DNA from: Bigelowiella natans CCMP2755
Taxonomy: Eukaryota; Protista; Cercozoa
Length of the DNA: 64,000 bases
Direction: 5' to 3'
Assembly (NCBI GenBank): GCA_000320545.1
Contig: ADNK01001130.1
Span: forward strand, 1-64,000
In this document: positions 12,387-22,600 of the stretch, in pieces
How positions within the stretch are numbered: position 1 is the first letter of the stretch
How the letters are laid out: each line of letters opens with the position of its first letter
Translations under genes and position numbers: made by a program
The notes under the pieces: model-generated
Told to the model about the DNA's origin: nothing
Seen by the model: the letters and a program-made list of their open reading frames with translations, nothing else
Database searches by the model: none

Positions 12387-15300
12387 ATGGCGGTACAAGC
12401 GTAAGAAACCAACGGCATCTCAAGGATTCGCCGGGTCTTTTCGAACGATTTTCGTTTTTCAGGTCAGATTCTGCCTACCACAGACAGAGCATGATTCGTT
12501 GCACATATTTTGAGCGACAATATACAATTGTTGTCGTTATTAAATTTAGTATTTACTGAAAGAATAATTAAACCTTCGCATGAAACATTCTGTGCTGAGA
12601 TATTTACAGATCAGCTCGAGCTTCCTAGAGGGTACCTAACCTCTTCCGAGCTGCCTTCCCACCTCCACGCTGCAATGGATCGTCCGTATTGCGGTGAGAC
12701 AATAATGTGTTAGATTTTATTTTTCTTCTCGAAAGAACATTTGGTATGGGGAAGCATTTTGTCATACTGATGGAAAAACAATGGTAGATAGCTTTCTCCA
12801 GCAGTGAGACAAAATGCTTCGTATTTGCCCCTGAAGAATAGGAGATGAGCTAGATGCATGAAGAGATACAAGGAATAAAATTAAATGCTTAGTTATATGA
12901 AATGTAGGCATATGGTTGCATCTTCTATCTCAGCGTGATTTTGAGAAAGCCTTCCTCGTGTTCTGCATCATTTGAGTATCATTCGATCACATATTGTCTT
13001 CTTTCAGCTGGTTCTCTGGACCCCAGACCGAAGCGCCGTCGTATAGGGACCCAAGCACGAGAAGACGTAATCGATCAACATTGTAGCAAGGAAATATTAT
13101 AGCGAAAAAAAATGGCGGTTTGGCCAATATTTGTGATCATTCAGTGTTTTACCGTTAGAATCCGACTCAGCTTTCCTTCCTCCTTCCCCCCTTCCCTTCC
13201 GCGTGCAGGAACTTGCATCGTTCGAAAATTCTGATGCGAAGAAGTTAGTGAAGGAAAAGTCACCTCCCAGAGACGGGCCTCGATGGGAAACTGAGTTGAG
13301 TAAGAAAGAAACAGCTAGGGCAGCATCTGGAAATAGCAGCAGCACCACCTTCAGCAGTATACTTTCGAGAAACAGTAGTGCTTTGTCCAATATCAGCAGT
13401 GAGATGGGAACGCAGAAAGAGGTTGTGATGTCTGCGCTATACAACCGGGTAACTTCCTTTTGGAATGCCACCACTGAAAAATTAGCCTCGCTTGAGGAGT
13501 CGCTTGTCCGACCGTATGGACGGCAAGTGACGCACCCGATGTCTAGGAAAAAAAAGGAACAGATGGGAGCGTTAGGTGAGAAGCCCTCAACAATATCGTA
13601 TGAAAGCCAACACCAGGACTATCATCCTAATGCTGCACGGGCGGCGTTCCAATGAAGGAGAGAACCAGAGATGGGCAGCTTCTTCTGCCACCCCAGCAGG
13701 GGAACATCATAAGCAGCGAGGAAACTTCCCACAGCACTCGGGACCGCTGCCACGACAACTACTACTCTGCTTTCAATAGACTCAGAGCCCGCCGGTGCAA
13801 CACCCGCAGCCACCACCGAGTCAAGTTATCGAAATGAGAATGAGGATGAGGATATTGGGAGATCTTATGGTCTTCGTCGGGCAGAGGGCGATAATAGCAA
13901 TGATGACGACGATAGTGATGATGACGACGACGATGGTAGCGGTTTCAGTAGGATAGACAATGATGAGGACGAGAGAGATGACGACGAAGAACGATTCGCT
14001 GGGCTTCCTGGAGTTGATCAGTCTGGCGGAGGGACCATCAATTGGCAGAAAAATGTCACGAACCCATTTTCAGCCGCTGCCGCAAATGGTGCGAACAACG
14101 CCAAGTCGGAGGAAAAGATGAAGAAGCACACAACCAACTCATGTATTGGTAATGGCACAGGATGCTCACCGTCGTGGTATCAATATCACCCTATGCTGCA
14201 ACAACAGAAGGAGGAGGATGGTGCAAAATGCTTCTCTGCCACAAACAAGAAGAAAAGTAACAATAAGGACGCCTCCATGGCTTACGAATGGAACTTTGGG
14301 AAGGGAGAGGAGGTAGCTATGGACAACAAGCACGTAGGCAGAAAGCATAGCAAGGGGGAGGGAAGACAGAAAAGCGGTAATCCTTTTGATACCAAAGAGA
14401 CCGATAAGAATGGCGCTCAGAAGAAGGCTGGCTGTGATTGGGGGGTACGCATACGTGCTCGCATGCTTATTGACATCTCATAGATCATCAATTCCGGCAC
14501 ATCTTGACAGTCTCCATCATCACCCCCTTATTACTCACGCCACCAGCCCATGATCATGCTCGCGATGTGTGTGTAGTAAATTCGAATCTTATCTATTTGT
14601 TTGTTCGCTCCCTTACTTTCCAGGCGAGGTTTGGCGGTGACGGAAGTGTTTCAGGGGACAATAACCTCGACGCTAGCTCGATGATGGGCTCGCTTAGTCC
14701 TTCTTTAATCAACAGAAGAAGAAAGATGATGACATCAGAGGTATGTTTGGAAAGCATTTGGATGTTCGGGACCATCATCACTATCATCATCACCATCGTC
14801 GTCGTCGTCATCATCATCACCATCATCAAACTCCCTGCTGTAACCATTGATGACATCATCGCCGTGTGTATTACATTCTTCTTGCAGGGCACGCCACTTC
14901 TGTTGTCGGATGGAGGTCTCCCAGCTCTCATGCGAGACGATCACACATCCCAGAAGCGCCTCGTTCCTAGCAGTTGTTTCGCCAGATTCTCGGCAGTGAT
15001 GGCCGTGTGCGTGATACTGCTGCTGATTCTTACGGGCTCGTGGATCGTAGTGACAAAGACGTCTCCCACAGCATTCTTCAGCCGTGGTGCAGAGATTGCG
15101 CAGGTGATGATTTGGACGATGATGCTGAAGATGATAATGCTGCGAATGATAGAGATGAAGAAGATGATGATGCCTAGTGAACCGTGATTACAAGAGAGTA
15201 GCAGCGAAGAATGCTATGACACTGTGTGCTTACTTATGTCGCATTATATTGTTCCACCCCCCATATCACCTGTCTGAAAATGTTCTTCTCCCCCCCCCTC

Positions 15301-15763
15301 CCCCCCCTCCCCTCTTGCTTCATCTGGCCATCATTCGCTCCCATCACCTTAGAACGAGATTTTCTCTTACTTCAAATCTCCTTTCTCACCTAATGGGCCA
15401 GCGGGTGAAGTAATATCCATTACGGACAGGGGAACTGCAGCATCGAGCATGATCGATGATGTTGCGGTCGGCGACCATTCTTCCCGCGGCCATTCTCACA
15501 ATCCACACCCACTCCCTACCGATAGCAAAGTAGCTTCAGCATCTCTGAACGACAACGATGTGCAGTGCAAGAGTCCCAACAGCAGGACAGAAAAGCCAGA
15601 AGGTGCTGTTTCCATACCATTCGCAAAGTCACATGCTGGAGAGATACTACCGGAGGAAAACACGGAAAGACCGCACCCCCTTCGATTGACCCTTCTCCGT
15701 GCGTATGAGTTAGCAGTGGCCGGGCTGCTAATCAACCACACCCGTCACCATCTCTGGGTATAG
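12387..15763 (+). CDS. Hypothetical multi-exon protein with acidic low-complexity regions and two NPF motifs
   Basis: Long exon ELASFENSDAKK.. joins via intron 13577-13716 to ARKLPTALG..VTNPFS..SGNPFD; further exons at ~14625, ~14890 and ~15430. The 5' exons and the stop are uncertain. Confidence 0.55.
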
Positions 15764-17256
15764 TACTAGATTTTGGAAGAGAGTCAAACATTTAGCGTTA
15801 TGTTATGATTGCGGTGATGATGGTGACTTTTCCTACTCTTGGAGGTAGTTAGATCATCATGTTTAGTATTGCTGTACCACTGAAAAAATCTAACTTGTTC
15901 CATTTCCACAGAAACGGTATCGTGAAAGAGCAGTCCGGAAAGCTGAGCGCAGTATTATGAACGCCGATGATAACAACCATTTGAGTTAACGGTATGCGCA
16001 ATCGATATGAAGCCGACGCAACGTACATATAGCCCAAGATTAAAAAAAAAAGAATGAACGAATTGACGATGAGTCCCTTGGTCAAAGTAGCCACAATTAT
16101 AGTAGCAAAATGCTGAAAATAGCATGGTCAGCATATGCAATATTTTAAGATGAAATAGCAGTTTCCTAAACGGCAAATAAAATTATATTGCAAAAATAGC
16201 CTAGCTCTGTGTACACGAATATAATGAAGAAAATTAACACGAAATCCGGCTCTATTTCACCATAATTTAAAGCGAAATTTCAGCAAACAAAGTTTTCATT
16301 TTGTGATGTGCTATGCAGAGCGGATCGGTCATACTAGCATATCTAATAGCTAACAATAATCTAGATAATATTTGATAGTAGAGATGGCGTGTGTAACATA
16401 TCCAGATGCTAAGCCGTGATAGACTAGATAGAGGCTGTGATGACAGCTGATGCAAAGACTTGCGCTTGCTAGCTTGCAAGAAAATTTTAAATTGGGCAGA
16501 CAACAGCTATGAATCGAAAAAACGACGCATTGCACGGACATTGCAGAAGCAGCGACAGAAATTATTGTCTTGCATGAATTCTGCTCTGGAAACGTATTGC
16601 CGTAGTGTTATACGTGATGTACTAGCGCACGCATGCCCAGGTAGTATAGTAGCTAGGATCTAGCTAGCTAGGGATGCATGTCATTGCCATTGCGGTGCCC
16701 GCAGCAACCATATACGGACCAATCTAGCAATAGCAGCTGTGAGCCGGATGAAATGATGTGATCTAGGCGATTTTCATTGTAATAACAGACAGCCATAGCA
16801 ACTACAACAAGTACATCTCTAGATCTAGTTGCCATGGCGCCAGCTAGTCAGCCGTGTCTAGTTGTTAATGTATAAATGTTGTGCCGCTTTTCAGTCCTTC
16901 TCTAGTTCTTGTTGTGGGCGCATGTATACGTAAGCTTAGCGTACTTGCTATGTACTGTATGTGTGCATCTAATAATATTAAATGTGGTGGTGTGTGCGTG
17001 CGCGTAAAGCACGACGAATTCCAATGATACAAATCACGAAGTACATTGTCGTTGAAAGGACTAGCAGGGCAATGTTAACTAAGTTGCTGATCTGCCTCCT
17101 ATTCAAGTACAAGCTACGAGGCTTGACGACGACGATAAAAAGAATCGAATTAGAAACACATTGTTCCATGCTATTTCAGTTCGTCTTTATTTCTGCTGAA
17201 GAGCTGCCACAATCAACAAAGTTGCACCGGTGCATCATCGCTTGCTGCATTAATTT

Positions 17257-18940
17257 CTATGTGCTTCCCCTTACAGCTTTAACCAGACCTCCCGAGGTCA
17301 GGATGAAGAAGATTCCTATACAGAAAAGTGCAATGTACCCCTGTTTCGAGTACTCAGTCGTGTTTTCTTGGTAGCCTACGATGTGGAGAACAGGACCCAT
17401 TATCAGCGGGCCGAATGAACCTCCTAGGAAGGCTGCGATGCCCCACAACCCTAAATCCCTCGCTGTGGAGCCCTTATTCGGTAAGGTATCGCATGCCAGC
17501 GCGTACTCAACGGTCATCAAAGCTGCGTTTGCCATACCGTAGCAGATCGAGACCCCATACACCACGTCAAGAGGAGGAAAAGTCATGAAGATCACGTAGA
17601 GTAGAGCCTCGAAGATGCACGTGGCAAGAAGGATGTCTTTTCGACCGAATCGGTCGGAGATATGGCCAATTGGAACGCTGATTATCGCGCCGACAAGCTG
17701 CGAGACCATCACCAGCACTACTAGCGTTTCCTCCGCATTCTCCACGCCTATACCGTCGTGCAGGTAGTAGAGCAAAAATGCTTGGAGGGACATCGAAAGA
17801 TAGTAGAATAAACGAACGCCAAACACCCAGAAGAAGTCGCCATGCGTCCCAGGCGTAATAACGTAGCACTGAGAGATTGCTTCGCAGCTCACTGGTGGCA
17901 AGTCACCCTCAAAAGGCGACTCCAGTGGCAGAATTGAGACCGAAGTGATAGCTATCCCTAGAACTAAGGATACAGCATATGCCACATATGCGTCCTTTAC
18001 TTCAACCACAAACTTGAGGATCCCGAACCCTACACACGACCCTGTCAGTTGTAGAATCGCCATGATGCCGCTTGCCAAGCCCATCTGGCTTTTGGGCACA
18101 AAATCAGCATTCAGAGCAGTGAAGGCCGAGTAAATAATGTTGATCCCAAGCAGTGAAAGAAAGAGCGCGGCGATGTAGAGGGAAGGCGTGGGTCCGTGGT
18201 TTCGCGCCCACATCATGGCGAAGTCTCCAATCAGCACCAACACAGACCCTCCCAAAATAAAAGGAAGCCGTCTGCCCATTGATAGAGTGCATCGGTCGGA
18301 AAAGTAACCGGCCAATGGGCAGATCAGCTGGCTAATTCCTGATAACAACACCGCATTAATATTTGTTGGACGTGACGACTGTGGTGGTACTGAAAAACAT
18401 ACATCATGGCAAAACACCCACCCATCCCCCCACACGCACACATGCGCGGAAATAAGGCCGTATAGAAGATGGGGTTAATATGAGGCGGTAAATCTAGTTG
18501 AAATTACAAGAGAGTGTCATAGTCTAGAATAACAATAGCATCGACTATTCAAACCGCACCTGCTATTCCGAGCATTATCCCAAGCATTTCTCCTTTATTG
18601 TCTGGATACATTCTTTCGGCTTCGACCGGCAAAGTCAGAATGCCCATTGTACTCAATACCAGAGAGTAGGGAAACGCGAAAAAGTTAATCCCGATAATCT
18701 GTATGAAGCTTAAGGGCTGCATGCAAAAATAAATACAATCCATGAGTTGGTAGCAGGTATAGAAAGCGAGCGAAAAGATGTGGGGAGCAACAAGTTATTA
18801 GCTATTAGTACCTTTCTGATAATTTCAGCGGGTGATGCTGTTGGGCTATGAAGCGGCGTGCCTTCGCTTGCGACACCTTTCGCCACAGAGCTCTTGACCT
18901 CGTCCTCATCATATGACGGCAACGTATCGTAATCTGCCAT
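17257..18940 (-). CDS. MFS transporter (sucrose/maltose-H+ symporter-like, SUT/SLC45-type)
   Basis: Three exons with about 12 hydrophobic segments. MFS motifs AGYFSDRCTLSMGRRLPF and GHISDRFGRK, plus ADFVPKSQMGLASG. Confidence 0.88.
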
Positions 18941-19251
18941 TTTCCTTTGATTTAAGCTTATCTTATCTCTTGTGCCTCCCTTGAGAGATGGTAGCCCTCA
19001 GCCCAGCTAGAGAAAAGAGGCAGACAAGCAGGAAGGCTTGCAGGAGGGAATGTACGCGGAGTTGCGGGCTTGATAATTACAAATCATAAAGCGACAATCA
19101 GATCGTGATCGAATTGATAATGTACACACTCATCTCAGCAAATCACCACTCAAATTAGCTCTAAAATTAAGAGTTTGGAAATCAAGATCCATCGCTCAAT
19201 ATGATCTTCTATTCGGATTTCATATTAAATGGAAGGGGAGTGCATCAGTCA

Positions 19252-19577
19252 TGTTGCGCGTAAGGTGTTCACAGGCCGAGGCGCTACGTGCACAAGTAGG
19301 CAGGGGGGGGGAAAGGCACGTTTGCTTCCTTTTGAAGAGTTGTGTTTATTTTTATTAAAGATTATATTTTTATTAAATCGTGCACTGCGTAATCATTCGC
19401 GAAGCTTTCGCGAATGCCGCCGCACGTGGGGCAGCACACTTCCGGTGTGCTGCCATGAGTCCCGCCGGAACCCACGTGCCTATGCTGTATTAATATCTAC
19501 GTTATCTATATTCTATATCCGCGACAACCCCTTTGTTGTCGCACGTGACTTGTGCCCGCGTAGTGGTACGCGCTACA
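19252..19577 (-). repeat. 3' LTR (326 bp)
   Basis: Matches 24642-24966 except for one extra A after the G9 run. Terminal inverted repeat TGTTGCGCGTA / TACGCGCTACA (10/11). Confidence 0.97.
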
Positions 19578-19586
19578 CCTCCCCCA
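19578..19586 (-). other. Polypurine tract
   Basis: TGGGGGAGG on the element strand, directly abutting the TG of the 3' LTR. Confidence 0.85.
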
Positions 19587-19628
19587 AGTCACGTTGCTCC
19601 TTCCTTCCTTCCTTATTCCCTTAGACCT

Positions 19629-22600
19629 TCATCGCTTTCGGAACTTCACCAACCACCAGGTAATAGATTCCTCTCTAACCTTATCTCCTTTGTCGCTTAC
19701 CCAGAACTCACCTTCGTCCTTAGGTTCGTGTCCATACCAGCCCTCTGCATCAAGGTCCCCCAGGACCTTATACCAGTGCTCAAAGGGTAAGTCGGGAACA
19801 GCTAGGTAGAGTAGCTGATATTTTCCGTCCTTTATTTTCATAGCTACCCTCTCCATATTTCGTAATCCAGGGTAGCCTAGATAGACAATCTTCATGCGCC
19901 AATCGTCGTTCACCCTGACCTTATTGTTTCCATATTCCACATCGAACTTAGGTCGGGGTCCTAAACAAGGCATTGCTCGCTCCCACACAGTAGGGTTTAC
20001 TTTAACATCCTCTAGGAGCTTCTCACCGATATCATAATTCTTTAGGTGACTGATGTGGCGCAAGGTGACCCTGTTCCCATCATAGATGTAGTACTGCTTC
20101 CTCCCCTTCCTCTCGGTAACCTTTGCAACGCCACCCCAGAAGGGGTCTTGTTTATTTCTCGATCTCAGATTTACCTTGGCCCTAACATACTGTCCTTCCT
20201 TTAGAACTCGGCCATCGTACGGGACCTTCTCGTCTTCGCTCTCGGTATCGTCGTCGTTGTCGTCGCCTTCTTCCCTCTCCTTATCCTTGATACCTCCCCC
20301 AGACGTGAAGGTGTCGTTTACTAACCCTTGTATCTTGTCTGGTGTGGTGCTATTTATCCTGCTTAGGTTGGCCAAGGTGCGGTGGAGTCGCTCTACCTTG
20401 GAGTTGGACTGGGCATAGTATACAGGTGAGGCATCAATATTAGGGTGTGGTAGCTGTAGAAGAGAGGTCTCATTATCCACATGTAACTTCTTTGGTATCT
20501 TGTTTATGCTAACTTCATCAGGGATAGCCTGGAGCTCAGACTCCCAGGTACGGTAGCAGTTAGTAAGCCTCTGCTTATATAAGCCTTTGTTCTTCTTAGC
20601 AACGTTGACCTTGATAATCTTTTTAACCCAGCACTTTCCAGTGGCCACATCAACGAAGGTAAGGTAGTGATAGCCATCGTACTTATAAACATCAATTTGC
20701 ACGATATCTAAGAAGTTCCTTGCTTTGATTTTCTTAGATGCACGGCTCTTGCTGGACTCCTTGGTGGCGACACCTGCCGCCTTCAAGCTGGAGCACCTGC
20801 AGCCACGCAGGTATGTCCTTATCTCTTTTAGCTTGTAGGGCCAGTAGTAATGGTAGAGTAGAGCAGTGATATGGTTTTCTCCTACGTGTGCAGGTCCATG
20901 GGCGGTAAAGAGAAGGGCTCCCCTGGTCCGCCGTGGCACGTAGGTACGCCTAACATTATTAGTGTATACATATATCCTATCACTAAGTACCTCATGCTTG
21001 TGTTTGTATTTATCCAGGTGTTCTTGAAGGTGCTGGAGCTCCACTGGCTCAGGCAGGAAGTCGCCGTCCTCGAAGGTAATCGCGTTAACCATAGGGGTGA
21101 CCTGGGTATGGACTTTCTTTTCGAACAGCCTGCTGAAATAGTCAGCAAGCTGCTTGTCTCCTGGTGCGTAGACCACTGTCCTCTTGTCCCTAAACTCTTC
21201 CGTGTCCGCCCTCATAGCTGCATACTCATCGTTAGGCGCTTCGAGCTTGCGGTCGATGCCTAGGAGGGGCTTGTGGTCAGTCATTAAGGTGAAGCTGGGC
21301 ACCGACAGCAGGTAGTATCTTAGTTTCCTCTGCGCCTCAGTCATGGCTTTATACTCTCCTTTTGTAGGGCTGTACTTGGCCTCAGCTGCTGTGCAGGCCC
21401 TGCCCCACACCCGTATGATCTGCTGGTCTTGGGTAAGTACAGCAGCCATACCTAGCTTAGACCAGTCTGTCCATAGGGTAGCTGGTCTAGTAGTGTCTAG
21501 CTTAGCATTCAATAGGGTGTTGCTGCATAACTTTATTAGGTTATCGAAGTGGGCATCAAGGCCAGCCTTGGCCCACACCTTAGCGAAGCTGAGGCCTACA
21601 GAGTTCTCCTTCCGGTAAGCAGTAGTAAAAGCAGCTGCAGTCCTAGCGTAGGTAGGGGAGAACCTACGTAGTATCCAAGCTGCAGTCTGCAAGAATGACT
21701 TTAACTCCTTTGCATTCTTAGGTTTAGGGGCTTGCTGTAGTGCTGCTACTTTCTCGGGGTTTGGGGTGATGCGGCCTTGCTCCAGGTAATATCCACACCA
21801 CTTGATTCTTGTAGCTAGGAATGTACACTTCTGCAGTCTAATAGTAAAACCGAAGTGTGCAAACCTAATAAATATATTTTCCAGGAGGAAGATCTGAGCG
21901 ACGACTGTGTTGGTACATATTATGTCATCATCCACATACACAAACACAAACACCCACAACACAGACGCCATCCCATCATGTGTGTATGCCCTGTAGTTCT
22001 GACTACTGAACGCATCCCCTGATATGCTTAGGCCGTAAGGGAATACGACGAAGTGCCACTTCCTGTGCCTGCTGGAGAACGCGGTAATGGGGCGGGAGGT
22101 TTTGTGGATGGGTGTCTGCATGTATGATTCATTTTTATCTAGGGAAGAGTAGTATTTGTATCCTATGACGTGTTCAATAACGTCATCTATCCTTGGTGTA
22201 GGTGTCTGGATCCTCTTTATTACTCGGTTGTGGCGGATGAAGTTGTGCGCCAGGCGGAAGAAAGGGTAAGTAGGTTTCTTAGCTAGCACATGTCTCACGT
22301 TCCATGGTGAGTTGCTTGGCTCTATCTTCCCTTCCTTTGCCCATTCATTGATCTGCCACTCTATCTTTTCCCAGTCCGCTTCCGGTCGCCTATGTTCTGG
22401 GTCATTGATGATGCACTCTTCGTATCCCTTCTTTAGCTCGATCTTTACTGGGGTAAGCTTGCTGGAGGGCTTCGTCGTCGGCTTGGTGATGTCAGAGTAC
22501 TTCTCGTTTAATATTTTATTAATGTACTTTTTGCCTTTGTCGATATCCCAATCATCAGCTGGGGGGGTCTTGTCCAGTAGCTCCGTTATCTGTCGGATGG

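Noticed and set aside
15849-16663. Short hydrophobic ORFs between the NPF gene and the MFS gene
   Set aside because: No recognisable motifs or consistent splice structure; composition matches the convergent spacers.
19394-19479. Hammerhead, HDV-like or twister ribozyme in the LTR
   Set aside because: No CUGANGA/GAAA core, and the HDV or twister helix order could not be built on either strand.
19229-19624. 131-aa and 101-aa ORFs across the LTRs
   Set aside because: They are antisense to the element, identical only because the LTRs are identical, and show no protein features.
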